Below are positions 34,327 to 47,830 of a DNA stretch of 64,000 nt, one piece after another; positions within the stretch are counted from its first letter, which is position 1, and each line of letters begins with the position of its first letter. A program made the position numbers and the translations under genes. The stretch is taken from the NCBI RefSeq assembly GCF_902713615.1, contig NC_052162.1, positions 133,448,653 to 133,512,652 on the forward strand, in the 5' to 3' direction. The stretch is from Scyliorhinus canicula. Taxonomy: Eukaryota. The notes beneath the pieces are model-generated. The model was not told where the DNA came from. It saw only the letters and a program-made list of their open reading frames with translations, and made no database searches.

Positions 34327-34456
34327 TATTTCTTTCATCCATTTACGCGATATGATGGTTAGGTCAGGAATTATGGCCCATTCCGAGTTGCCATTCAGAA
34401 GGTGATGGTGAGCTGCCTTCCTGAATCGCTGCGGCCCCTGACATGCGGTTACACCC

Positions 34457-34865
34457 GTTCTCCAAGGCGGTTTTCAGGACGCGCGACAACGCAGAATTGC
34501 CGAGCAAAAACTTATAGCTAAGTTCCGCACGCCTGAGTGCGGCCTCAACCGGGTTCTTGGATTCATGTCGCATTACATTCACCCCCCACCATCTGGCCTG
34601 GACTTGCAAAATCCTACCAACTGTCCTGGCTTGAGACAATTCAGACCTCTTTAAACTGAGGTTACCCCCTATCTCTGGATCTGTAACGATTTGATTACTT
34701 GTAAATGCTCGCATTCCAAGCATTGTCTGGCATCTCTGACTTTGTCTATATATATGTTTCTGGAACATACCTCTCCATTCACCTGAGGAAGGAGCAGTGC
34801 TCTGAAAGCTCGTATTTGAAACAAACCTGTTGAACTTTAACCTGGTGTTGTAAGACTTCTTACTA
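34457..34865 (+). mobile_element. Penelope-like element 3' end (GIY-YIG C-terminus + pseudo-LTR with hammerhead motif at 34778-34815)
   Basis: VLQGGFQDARQRRIAEQKLIAKFRTPECGLNRVLGFMSHY; CTGAGGA-A-GGAGCA/G/TGCTCT-GAAA-G-CTC. Confidence 0.85.
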
Positions 34866-37844
34866 GGATATGGAGGGAAAGCGAGAACAGTTTACTGAGT
34901 TGGATGATCAGCCATATGATCATAATGAATAGAAGAGGGGCCGAATGGCCTACTCTCGCACGTATTGACTATGCTTCTGTGCTTCTATGTTTCTATGTAA
35001 TGCCACAAAGCCTGAAATATATCTAAACTGAAACAGGGACGAGTGCAGTAATTCCTCTTGAGACAGGGCCGAGTTCAGTGATTATTGATGGGGGAAGGGA
35101 TCTACATTAAGGTAGATTAAGACATGGGTATAGTGCACTAATTGCTGATACAGGGTCTAGATTGATATAAATTGAGTCAGGGCCGAGTTCTGTGATTACT
35201 GATCGGGGGGGGGGGGGGGGGGGGGGGGAGGCGAGAGGTCTAGATTAATGTAAATTTAGACAGGGGTCTGATGAAATAATTGCTAATGCGCGGGGGTGGG
35301 GGGGGGGGGAGATTAATACAAATTGAATCATATTCTATGTGGTAATTACTGCTACAGGGTCTAGATTAACGAAAACCGAGATAAGGTCGAATGCAGTGAT
35401 TACTGATTCCCGGTATAGATTCGCACAAAGCGAGACAGGGTCGATTGAAGGGTCGGCCCAAGATTACTGTTCATCAATATAGGGCTGAGTGTTGTGTTCA
35501 CCATTACAGGGTTGAGATTATATATATTAAGACATAAGTCCGTCTTTTTCTGTGTTTCTGTGTGTGGACATTTTCACACCAAAATCCTGTATAAACACAC
35601 AAATAATTCCTTTGTTTTATTCACCAATTAATGAGGCGGTGTATGGGGAATTTTACTCTTCGTATAACCCTGCGTTGTTCCTGCCCTGCAAATATCTGAT
35701 GGTGCGGCAAAGAGGAAACTTTACTATGTTCCTTACATGTGCTTTACCTGTCCTTCACATGTTAGATAGCAGATGTTGCGAAGAATGATTTCCTCTGTAC
35801 TGTATCTGTCCTTCGCGTGTTTGAGGGGAGATTGTAAAGGGACTTTTACTCGGTAACTAAATCTTCACTGTTGGTGCCCTGGGAGTGAAAAATGGGACAT
35901 ATTTCAGGAAGTTTTATTCTTTATCGAAACCTGTGATGCATTTGGCCTGAGAGTGTTTGCTGGTTCAGTGTGCAGGAAGCTTTGCTCTGTTTCCAACGTG
36001 CTGTACCTGATCTGCGTGAATTTGACGTGATATTTTAGACAAGCAGAGCTTTACTAAATCTGCCCTTGGAATTTGATGGGCGCAGGAAATGGAGAGGACT
36101 GGAACCAATGTCTTAATGACTGCGTCATATTTGAAAAGTGAGCAATATTGATGTTCATGTGATTAAAGCGGCAGTGAGAGAATATGTACAAAAGTGGCAG
36201 GTATCCAACTTCAGGCACAACAGGAAAGAGGACAACGATGACAAGGGAGTGGCCAACGCAGGACAGAGGGTGTTGTGCCTAAATGTGTGCAGCATATGGA
36301 ACAAGGTAAATTAGCTTGTTGCGCACATTTAAATTAGCTGGTACGGTGTTGTGGACATCACAGAGACATGGCTGCAAGGGGACAGGGCTGGGATCTGAAT
36401 ATAGGAGGATAGGTGTCCTAAAGAAAGGATAGGAGACGGACAGAAGGAGCAGGTTGCATTGTTAGTATGGAATGAAATTAACTCGATAGCAAAAAGCAAT
36501 ATAGGATCAGAAGGCATAGAATCTCTGTGGGTCGTGTTGAGGAATCGCAAAGGAAAAAATGCCCTGTTGGAAGTTATGTACAGCCCCCCGAGCAGGAATC
36601 AGTATGTGGGGCACAAAATAAATCAGGAGACAGAAAATGCATGTAAGAAAGGCAATATTACAATAATCATGGGGGACTTCAATATGCAGGTGGATTGGGA
36701 AAATTGGGTTGGTAGCGGATCCCAGGGAAAGGAATTTTTGGAATGTCAAAGATATGGTATTTTGGAGCAGCTTGTGACAGAGCCTACTAGGGAACAAGGA
36801 ATTCTGGATTTGGTAATATGTAATGAGGCAGACTTGATTAGGGAACTTAAGGTGAGGGAACCCTTAGGGGTAGTGACTACAATATGATAGAATCTACCCT
36901 CCGGTTTGAGAGGGAGAAGTTGGAATCAGATGTAACAGTTTTGCAACTGAATAAAGGTAACTACGAAGTTATGAGGGAGAGCTGGCCAGAGTTGATTGGA
37001 AAAGGAGCTGAGCAGGGAAGACAGTTGAACAGCAATGGCAGGAGTTTGTGGGGGTGGGGGGTGGGGGGGGGGGTTATTAGCAAAGACAACATAAACTAAT
37101 CCTAAAGCGGAGGAAACATGCTAAGGGGAGGACAAGGCATCCATGGCTGACGACGGAAGTCAATGACAGCATGAAAGCAAAGAAAAAAGCATACAATGTG
37201 GCGAAGATTATTGGGAAGCCAGAGGATTGGGGAGCTTTTAAAAGTAAGCAGATGACAACTAAAATAAATCAATAAGGGGGGGGGGGACTAAATATGAGTG
37301 TCAGATAGCTAATAATATCTAATAATATTGCTGAGAGTCTTTTTTTGATCCATAAAAGGTAGAAGCGAGGCAAAAATGGACTTCAGACCACTGGAAGTGA
37401 GGCTGTAGATGTAGTAATAGGGGACAAAGAAATGTCAGAGGAACTGAATAGGTACTTTCTATCTTTCTTTACACTGGAAGACACCAGTGGATACCAGATC
37501 TTCAGCAGTCAGGGGGCAGGGGTGTGTGAAGTGGCCATCAATAAGGAGAAGGTGCTGGGGAAACTGAAAGATCTGAAAGTGGATAATTCACATGCACCGG
37601 ATCGACTACTGCCCAGGGTTCTGAAAGAGATCGCTGAGGAGATTATGGAGGCATTGGTGGTAAACTTTCAGGATTAACTGACGGCAGGGACGGTCCCAGA
37701 GGATTGGAAAATGGTTAATGTAACACCCCTGGTAATGCCACTGTTTAAGAAGAGAGGGAGGCAGGAGACAGGATATCATAGGCTGGTTAGCCTGAGTTCG
37801 GTTGTTGGTAAGATTTTAGAGTCTATTATAAAGCATGAGAGTGA

Positions 37845-38075
37845 GGAAAACACTGTGGTGGAGTGATTAGCACTGCTGCCTCACAGCACCAAGGACCCGG
37901 GTTCGATCCTGGCCCTGGGTTACAGTCCATGTGGCATTTGCAGATTCTCCCCATTTCTGTAAGGGTCTCACCCCTATAACCCAAAGAGATGTGCAGGGTT
38001 GGTGAATTGGCCACGCTAAATTGCCGCTCAATTGGAAAGAAATAATTGGTACTCTAAATTTATTATTTTTAAAAA
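37845..38075 (+). mobile_element. V-SINE nested in CR1
   Basis: SINE head and core interrupting the RT region. Confidence 0.75.
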
Positions 38076-38349
38076 TTAGGGATGAGATTTCGGAATATTG
38101 AGAAGTGCATGATAAAATAGGATTGAGTCAGCATGGATTCATCAATGGGAGGTCATACCTCAGAAATCAGTTAGAATTCTTTGAGGAGGTAACGATGAAG
38201 TTAGACAAAGGAGAACCAGTGGACGTGATCAATTGGGATTTCCAAAAGGCCTTTGACAATATGATACAGGAGGCTGTTAAATAAGATAAGAGCCCATGGT
38301 GTTATGAGAAAGATACTGGCAGGGAGAGAGGATTAGACGACTACAGAAA

Positions 38350-38530
38350 TGAAATTAAAATCGCTTATTGTCACAAGTAGGCTTCAAATGAAGTTACTGT
38401 GAAAAGCCCCTAACCGCCACATTCCGCCGCCTGTTGGGGGGAGGCTGGTACATGAATTGAACCGTGCTGCTAGCCTGCCTTGGTCTGCTTTAAAAACCAG
38501 CTCTTTAGCCCTGTGATAAACCAGGTAGAG
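38350..38530 (-). mobile_element. Short SINE (second family) nested in CR1
   Basis: Matches 12952-13127. Confidence 0.8.
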
Positions 38531-38621
38531 AGTGTGGATACAGGGGTCTTTTTCAAGGAAGGTCAGTGTTAAAACCACAGCTATTCACAATGTGCATTAA
38601 TGATCTGGATAAATGAACAGG

Positions 38622-38915
38622 ACATCATGGTAGCACAGTGGTTAGCACCGTTGCTTCACAGTGCCAGGGAACCAATTGCAATTCCCGGCTTGGGTCACTG
38701 TCTATGTGGAGTCTGCACGTTCCCCACGTATCTGTGCGGGTTTCCTCCGGATGCTCCGGTTTCCTCCCGCATGTTCCGAAAGACGTCCTGTTAGGTGAAT
38801 TCGACATTCTGAATTATCCCTCGGTGTACCCGAACAGGCGCCGTACTATGGCGACTCGAAGATTTTCACCGTAATTTCATGTGTTAATGTAAGCCTACTT
38901 GTGACACGAATAAAT
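38622..38915 (+). mobile_element. V-SINE variant nested in CR1
   Basis: V core plus AATGTAAGCCTACTTGTGAC tail. Confidence 0.75.
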
Positions 38916-41900
38916 GTTTTTATTATTATTGAACTGAGGGAACTGTTGCTAAGTTTTCAGATGATACAAATGTATATACGGGGACAGGTTGGGTTGAGGA
39001 AGCAGGGAGGCTCAGAAGGACCTGGACAGGCTAAGAAAGTGGGCAATGAACTGGCAGATGGAATACAACGTAGAAAAGTGTGAGATTGAGGTTGTGCGCT
39101 TTGGTTGGAAAAATAGAGGCATAGACTATTTTTCAAGCTCTTTTCTCTCCCTGCAGATACTGCCAGACCTGCTGAGATTTTCCAGCATTTTCTCTTTCGT
39201 TTCAGAATCCAGCATCCACAGTAATTTGCTTTTATTCTCTTAAGGTTAACATGGAGGTTCAGTTGGCAGTTTGGAAGGAAAATGCATGTTCGGATTCATG
39301 TCGAGCAGGCTAAAAAACAAGGGCAGGGATACCCTTCTGATGTAGAAGGCTCGTGACACATCCCATTTGGAATATTGTGTGCAGTTTTGGTCCCCGTATC
39401 TAAGGAAGGATAGATGGCCTTTGAGACGCTCCAGAGGAGATTCACAAGAATGTTCCCCAAAAGAAGGACTTGTTATATGAGGAGCGGTTAAGGACTCTGG
39501 GTCTGTACTGGATGGTATTTCGAAGGATGAGGTTGGGGCGGGAGGGGGGGGGGGGGGGGTCTCATTGAAACTTGGAGAATACCAAAAGGCCTAGTAGGAG
39601 AAACGAGAACCCAAGGGCACTGCCTCAGATTTAAGGGATGATCCTATAAACAGAGATGGGGATACATTTCTGCAGCCAGAATCTGTAAAACCCATTCCCA
39701 CAGGAGGCCGTGGAGGCCAAATCACTGAGTTTCTTTAAGACAGAGATGGATAGGTTCTAGATCAGTAAGGGGATCAGGGGCCCTGGGGAGAAGGCAGGAT
39801 AATGGGTTAACAAACGTAACAGTCATGATTGAATGCCGAGCAGACTCGATGGGCCGAATGACCAAGCTCAGCTCCTACACCTTATGATTTTATGGCAGGA
39901 ATGCCATCTATGGATAATCTTAGAACAGATGCTTGATTGCCTTTGCTGATATGGTGGGTAGAAGGGCAACTCTCTGTACTGTAAAACTCTAGGACTCAAT
40001 GGCTCTATGACAGGGTCTAAAGCAATGATAACTGATGCAGGATGTAGATTAACCTAAACTAAGATTGGATCTAATGGAATGGTTACTGATACGTGGTCTC
40101 TCTTAACATAAACTGAGATAGGTTCTAGTGCAGCGATTACTGATGCAGAGTTTGATGAACTTAAATGAGATAGAATCGAGAGTAGTGATTATTGATTCAG
40201 GGTCTGGAATATTATAAACTGAGACAGCATCTATTACAGTAATTCCTACTGCAGGGTCTGGATTAATATATGTGTAAAGAGTTATTAGGACAGATGATTA
40301 AAAACATAGTCGACGAGGCAGGTTATGGGATGATTTTAATAAGTGAATTAAACTAAAGAAGAGGAGGGAGAGAATACCAGAGTTTAGGACCGAGAAATAT
40401 GAAGACATCACAAAGTGAAACAAATAATTCTGCACAGTTCGTCTTGATCGGTTACAGTTGCAAACATTTAGAACAATGTTTTGTATGCACACCTTCACGA
40501 ACGGTCAATATGTTTTTGCAGTGATTTTAGTTGCTCCAGATGAGTGTTTTATAGTTGGGTGGACATATATCCTATGGGTGCCCACCTGGCGATAATATGA
40601 GAGCACTGTTCTGTCTAACACTGCCCGTGGATCAGGTGATTCGTTAATATAAAACGAGGCTGGAAAAAATCTTCACTGTGAAATTTTTTTACAATCGATA
40701 GTGTATAACACAAGAGTAAATTTGTAATTTTGAACAAAACAGAGATTTCCATTAACGTTTGGAAATTGCACTGCACCAGTATTCACATATTGACCTGCCC
40801 ATCAAGCCTAGTTCATTACTGAGACATTGGTAAAATATTCAACTCAATATTACCCACATGATAGCAGAGCAAATACAAATGTCATACAACTAATTAACAA
40901 GAATTCACATAATCTCCAAATCAACAATGATTGTACTTGTACAAACAAGAAAATATATACAATCATTTATAATATCGTGTCAGGCTACAGGAACATGGTC
41001 CGGTGTAATACCAACAGAGACAGACCCTGGTGTGATGTAAGGAGACAAATTCCTGTGGAATATAAAATAGGCGGAATTTAATGTAATGTAATCCTATGCA
41101 TGGTCTAGTATAGTATTAATTGAGTGTAGCACAAACTGAACAGTGTAGTGTAGACATGGACAGGGTTTACTTAAATATAAATAAAGACAGGGTCTCATTC
41201 AACATGAGAAGAAACAGATTTGATGTAATTCCGTGACAGAAAATAGAGCAGGAGCAGAACATTATGCACTTCGAGCCTGCTCCGCTATTCATTATGATTA
41301 TGGCTGATCATCCATCTCAGTAATCTGTTCCCACTTTCCCCCATATCATTTGGCCCTTTCAGAATTTTGACCCCAAGAGCTTATTCTAACTTCTTCTTGA
41401 AAACATACAATACTTTGGACATAACTTCGTTCTCTGGTAGACAATTCCACAGGTTCACGACTCCCAGGGTGAAGATATTGCTCCTCATCTCAGTCCTAAA
41501 TGGTTTACCCGTATCCTTAGTCTGTGACCCCTGATTCTAGCTTCGCCGCCATCGGACACATCATTTCTGCATCCGCCCTGTCTAGTCTTCTTACAATTTG
41601 ATGGCTTTATAATTAGATGGGAAAATTAATATTTCATAAATTAGTGTCTTCTGATTTCTGACCATCCGCCAGTGAATCAAGTTTCTTCCTAATTAATCAA
41701 ACAAAACCCTTCATAATTGTGAACATTTTCACCATGCCTGCCCCATAAACTGCTAGGTTGTGAGGAAAACAATCCCAGCTTCCAGCCGCTGTGACCGTGC
41801 AGCTCATGCAGTGGGAAGATCAAGTTGTATACATTTGTCTGCCTTGCTTGTGCTCAGATGCTATTTTAGGAATTACTGACATGTATGGTCTTAGTGTAGT

Positions 41901-42188
41901 ATTAGTTGAGTGTAGCACAAACAGAACAGTGCAGGATAGACAGGAACAGGGTTTACTTTAATATAAATAGAGGGAGGGTCTCGTTCGACATGAGAAGAAA
42001 CAGATTTAATGTAATTCAGTGACAGAAAATAGAGCAGAAGCAGGCCATTCTGCCCCTCGAGCCTGCTCCGCTATTCATTATGATCATGGCTGATCGTCTA
42101 TCTCAGTAACCTGTTCCCACTTTCCCCCACATCATTTGGTCCGTTCAGAATTTTGAGCTGGTATGGAGCTAGTGGAATTCCCACTCAC

Positions 42189-42380
42189 CATTGCCATCGT
42201 GTCAGAATAGGACGCAAGACTAATAAAAGACCAGCCTCTGAAAAGTAAATTAAAGAGTTAGAACTTTAGATACACTGAGCAATATTTCAGAATGTAATGT
42301 CAAAATGCAAACGATGATAAGTTAACAGTGTTGTTCTAGTAGAATCAATATCACCTCCCAGAGCAGATACCTGAGCCCAT
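42189..42380 (-). pseudogene. Disabled split signal-peptide exons (copy A)
   Basis: ATGGGCTCAG|GTATCT (42380-42371); exon 42237-42189 is 49 nt with a 1-nt insertion and TGA. Confidence 0.5.
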
Positions 42381-42471
42381 GATCAAGACCTGTGATCCAA
42401 TGCAGAAGGAGTGTTTTATGTTCAGTTGCTCCATCTTTTGGATGTGATGATATTACATTCTTAGCAATATT

Positions 42472-45400
42472 TTTTTTTTTTTAAATAATTTTTATTGAAA
42501 GAATTTTTTACATGAAGATATTTACCCCAACTAACTATAAAATATTACAAAATATTCCCTCTTAACAAATATCCCCCCCCCGCCCGAACTCGCGCGCGCG
42601 TTGTCCCTCCCCCCCCCTCCCCCTCCCCCAAAAACAAACAAAGCAACAATCAACATCAAACATGAACTGCGAGCAAATTTGCCCGCATATCAACCGTAAA
42701 TAACCCACCACAACCGTTGTTGCCACCCCCCCCCCCCCCCCTCCCCCCCCCCCTCCCCTCCCCCCCGGGTTGCTGCTGCTGCGACCTCTGTACCCTATCT
42801 CTGAGCCAAAAAGTCGAGGAAAGGCTGCCACCGCCTGAAGAACCCTTGTACCGACCCTCTCAGGGCGAATTTGACCCTTTCCAACTGAATAAAGCTTGCC
42901 ATGTCATTAATCCAAGTTTCCACGCTTGGAGGCCTCGCGTCCTTCCACTGTATTAGTATCCTTCTTCGAGCAACTAGGGACGCAAAGGCCAGTACTCCGG
43001 CCTCTCTCGCCTCCTGTACCCCCGGCTCCACCCCAACCCCAAAGATCGCAAGTCCCCATCCTGGTTTGACCCTGGATCCCACCACCCTCGACACCGTCCT
43101 TGCCACCCCCTTCCAGAACTCCTCCAGTGCCGGACATGCCCAAAACATATGGACATGGTTTGCTGGACTTCCCGAACACCTGACACATCTGTCCTCACCC
43201 CCAAAGAACCGACTCATCCTTGTCCCCGTCATATGGGCTCTATGTAGCACCTTAAATTGAATGAGGCTAAGCCTCGCACACGAGGAGGAAGAATTAACCC
43301 TCTCCAGGGCATCAGCCCATGTCCCTTCCTCTATCTGTTCTCCCAGCTCCCCCTCCCACTTGGCTTTCAGCTCCTCTACTGATGCCTCCTCCGCCTCCTG
43401 CATTACTTTGTAGATGTCCGATATCCTCCCCCCTCCGACCCAGACCCCCGAGAGAACCCTATCACTCGCCCCCCTACTGGGGAGCAAGGGAAACCCTTCC
43501 ACCTGGCGTCTAGCAAATGTCTTCACCTGCAAATGTCTAAACATGTTTCCCGGGGGGAGCCCGAATTTCTCCTCCGGCTCTCTCAGGCTCGCAAACCTCC
43601 CATCTACAAACAGATCCTTCAGCTGCCTGATGCCCACCCTGTGCCAGCTCTGAAATCCCCCGTCCATGTTCCCCGGGATGAATCTATGGTTCCCTCTTAA
43701 CGGTGCCTCCATCAGACCTCCCACTTCCCCCCTGTGTCGCCTCCACTGCCCCCAGATCTTGAGGGTGGCCGCCACCACCGGGCTCGTGGTGTACCTCGTG
43801 GGAGGGAGCGGCCATGGCGCCGTTACTAGGGCCCCCAGGCTTATGTTGCCACAGGACGCCCTCTCCATTCGTTTCCAAGCTGCCCCCTCCCCTTCCATCA
43901 TCCACTTGCGCACCATCGATACATTTGCCGCCCCAGTAATACCCCGAAAGATTGGGTAATGCCAGCCCTCCACTACCCCTACTCTGCTCCAAGAAGACCC
44001 TCCTCACCCTTGGGGTGCCGTGCGTCCACACGTAGCTCATGATGCTACTCGTCACCTTTTTGAAGAAGGCCCTAGGGAGGAAGATGGGCAAGCACTTAAA
44101 TAAAAACAAAAACCTCGGGAGGACCGTCATTTTAACGGACTGCACTCTGCCCGCCAGCGACAGCGGCACCATGTCCCACCTTTTAAATTCCTCCTCCATC
44201 TGTTCCACCAGCCTGGAGAAGTTCAGCTTGTGGAGAGTCCCCCAGTTCCTTGCCACCTGCACCCCTAAATATCTAAAACTCTTTCCTGCTCTCTTAAACG
44301 GGAGTCTCCCGATTCCCTCTTCCTGGTTCCCTGGGTGTATCACAAATACCTCACTCTTGCCCAAGTTTAGCTTGTACCCCGAAAAGTCCCCAAATTCTGC
44401 TAGCAGTTCCATCACCTCCGGCATTCCCCCTTCTGGGTCTGCCACGTATAGCAGCAGGTCGTCCGCGTATAGCGATACCTGGTGCTCCTCCCCGCCCCTT
44501 GTCAGCCCTCTCCACCCCCCTGAGCCCCTCAGTGCCATCGCCAATGGTTCAATTGCCAGTGCGAAGAGCAGGGGGGGCAAGGGGCACCCTTGTCTGGTCC
44601 CCCGGTGGAGCCCAAAATACTCCGATCTCCTACCATTCGTCACTACACTTGCCGTCGGGGCCGAATAGAGCAGCTTCACCCATTTAATAAATCCCTCCCC
44701 AAATCCAAACCGTTCCAGCGTCTCCCACAGGTACTTCCACTCCACCCTATCAAATGCTTTCTCCGCGTCCAATGCCACCACTATCTCCGCCTCACCCTCC
44801 ACTGCCGGCATCATGATGATGTTTAGCAGTCTCCGCACGTTCGTATTAAGCTGCCGCCCTTTCACAAAACCCGTCTGGTCCTCGTGTATCACCCCTGGCA
44901 CACAATCCTCTATCCTGGTAGCCAGGATCTTTGCCAGCAACTTGGCGTCCACATTCAGGAGCGAGATAGGCCTATATGACCCACACTGCACGGGGTCCTT
45001 GTCCCGCTTCAAGATCAGAGAGATCAGTGCCTGTGACATTGTCGGGGGCAGAGCCCCCCCCTCCCATGCCTCGTTGAAGGCTCGTACCAGCACAGGGCCC
45101 ACCAAATCCGCATATTTTTTGTAAAATTCCACCGGGAACCCGTCTGGCCCCGGCGCCTTCCCCATCTGCATATGCCCAATCCCCTTGACTAGCTCCTCTA
45201 ACCCTATCGGCGCCCCCAGCCCCTCTACCAGCTCCTCTTGGACCTTGGGGAACCTCAATTTGTTCAACAAGCCCTCCATCCCCCCTCCCCTCGTCGGCGG
45301 CTCTGACCGATACAGCTCCTTATAGAAGTCTCTGAAGACCCCATTTACTTCTGGCCCCTTCTGCACTACGTTCCCACACCTCTCCCTCACTCCCCCAATT

Positions 45401-46833
45401 TCTCTAGCTGCATCCCGCTTGCGGAGCTGATGCGCCAACATCCTACTCGCCTTCTCCCCATATTCATAAATCGCGCCCTGCGCCCTTCTCCACTGTGTCT
45501 CTGCCTTTCTGGTGGTCAACAGGTCGAACTTAGCCTGCAAACTGCGCCGTTCCCCCAACAGCCCCTCCTCTGGTGCCTCCGCATATCTCCTATCCACGTC
45601 CAAAAGCTCCCCCACCAGCCTCTCCCTCTCCTGTCTCTCCCTCCTTTCCCTATGTGCCCGTATGGTGATCAGCTCCCCCCGGATCACCGCCTTCAGGGCC
45701 TCCCAGACCATCCCCACCTGCACCTCCCCCGTGTCATTAGTGTCCAGATATCTTTCAATGCTTTTCCGGACCCTCTTACACACCTCCTCATCCGCCAGCA
45801 ACCCCACATCCAGGCGCCACAGCGGACGCTGGTCTCGCGCCTCCCCCATTTCCAAATCTACCCAGTGTGGCGCATGGTCTGAGACCGCTATGGCCGAGTA
45901 CTCCACTTCCCGTACTTTCGGGATCAGTCCCCTGCTCAATACAAAAAAGTCAATTCTAGAATAGACTCTGTGGACATGGGAGAAAAAGGAATACTCCCTC
46001 GCCCTCGGCCTCCCAAACCTCCAGGGATCTACCCCTCCCATCTGCTCCATAAACCCTTTTAACACTTCTGCCGCTGCCGGCCTCCTACTCGTCCTTGAAC
46101 TCGATCTGTCCAGCACGGGGTCCAGCACTGTGTTGAAGTCCCCCCCCATGATCAGGCCCCCTGCCTCCAGGTCCGGAATGAGGCCCAGTAGGCGCCTCAT
46201 GAAGCCAGCGTCGTCCCAATTCGGGGCATACACATTAACCATCACCACTTTCTCCCCCTGTAGCCTACCCTTCACCATGACATATCTACCCTCTTTATCC
46301 GCCACCACCTCCGCCGCCACGAACGACACCCTCTTCCCTACCAGGACCGCCACCCCCCGGTTCTTTGCGTCCAGTCCTGAGTGGAACACCTGTCCCACCC
46401 ACCCCCTTCTCAGGCGGACCTGGTCCGCCACCTTCAAATGGGTCTCTTGTAGCATTGCTACATCCGCCTTCAGTCCCTTCAAATGCGAGATTACTCTCGT
46501 TCTCTTGACCGGCCCATTCAGCCCCCTCACATTCCAAGTGATCAGCCGGGTCGAAGGGCAGCCCGCCCCTCTCCCCTGCCGACTAGCCATATCCTGTCAC
46601 CTGCTCGCCACGAGTCAGCCCTCCCCTTCTGACCCGCTCCCCATGGCGATGGCGCCCTCCCCCCACCCCTCCGGTCCTCAACTTCTCCTCCCTGGCCTTT
46701 TCAGCAGCAACCCGGTAGCCCCCCCCCTTCCCCCCTCCCTCTCCCCCCCCCCCTCACCCCCCTCCCCCCCCCAGGCTAGGACCCTTCCTAGCCGCGATGC
46801 ACCCTCCATAGTACTTCCGTAAGTCAGCTGGTT
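42472..46833 (-). mobile_element. 5'-truncated L1-clade LINE, same family as 17289-23408
   Basis: Poly(T) at about 42470-42482, TSD CATTCTTAGCAATATT (42456-42471; 46834-46849); truncated in the inter-ORF spacer. Confidence 0.96.
42795..46590 (-). CDS. L1-clade ORF2p, single +1 frameshift at about 43935
   Basis: Highly similar to the first copy; YYWGGK versus YYWAAN marks an extra G; C-terminus is in the 42795-43973 frame. Confidence 0.93.
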
Positions 46834-46871
46834 CATTCTTAGCAATATTATTACTAGACTGGTAATCTGGT

Positions 46872-47060
46872 TTAGCTGCGGGCTGGTTTAGCTCACTGGG
46901 CTAAATCGCTGGCTTTTAAAGCAGACCAAGCCGGCCAGCAGCACGGTTCGATTCCCGTACCAGCCTCCCCGGACAGGCGCCGGAATGTGGCGACTAGGGG
47001 CTTTTCACAGTAACTTCATTGAAGCCTACTCGTGATAATAAGCGATTTTCATTTCATTTC
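46872..47060 (+). mobile_element. Short SINE (second family)
   Basis: GGTTCGATTCCC B-box and the shared tail. Confidence 0.85.
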
Positions 47061-47369
47061 ATGGAGACCTGAACTGTTATTCCAGAGGCAGGAGTACAAA
47101 TTTCGCCAGGGCATACTGAAATGATGTGAGAAATTTTGGACTCCTGATCGAAGGATAGATATTTTGAGAAGGCTCATTAGGTTACTCTCATGTATGGATG
47201 GATTTTCATATGTGCTGAAATCCATATGTAGAATATGGAATGTCACAGCACATAAAGAAGTCCTTCGGCCCATCGTTACTGCGCCTGTCATCAAATAAAG
47301 AAGAATCCAGCCCTCGATGGCCTTGAAATACAGACCAGATATGTTTGGTTTACAGCCAAACACGTTGAC

Positions 47370-47830
47370 CAATTGCACCACAGACACTGATATAAAGAGA
47401 GCTTAAGTAGGTAAGTCCTACACGCATTGGAGTTTAGAAGAATGAGAGGCGAACTTACTGAGATATATAAAATTCTCAGGGAGCTTGACAGTGTGGATGC
47501 TGGAGATTGTTTCTGCTTGTGGGAGAGTCTAGGACCAGAGGGCACAATCTCAGAGTGAGGTGTCGAGGGTGAAGAGGAATTTCTTCTCTGAGAGGGTAGT
47601 GATTCTCTGGAATTATTTGCTGCAGAGAGTTGGCCTGGTCAATAAATATGTTCAAGGCTAAGACAGACAGATTTTTCATCAGTAAGGAATTCGAAGGTTA
47701 TGGGGATAAGGCGGGGAAGTGGAGTTGAGGATTTACCCAGATCAGCCACGATCTCACTGAATGGCAGATCAGATTCCATAGGCCGAATGGCCAACTTCTG
47801 CTCCTCAATCTTATGGTCTTATGGCAGCTG
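47370..47830 (+). mobile_element. CR1 3' fragment (paralog 53410-53840)
   Basis: LEFRRMRGELTEIYKILRELD remnant and CR1 tail. Confidence 0.8.

Larger units (their letters stand above)
36260..39890 (+). mobile_element. Decayed CR1-clade LINE (endonuclease + RT) with nested SINEs
   Basis: IESLWVVLRN, IMGDFN, EQLVTEPTREQGILDLV; RT DFQKAFD and FSDDT remnants; CR1 3' tail; many stops. Confidence 0.9.

Noticed and set aside
33758-34405. Poly-X ORFs
   Set aside because: Artefacts of the N gap.
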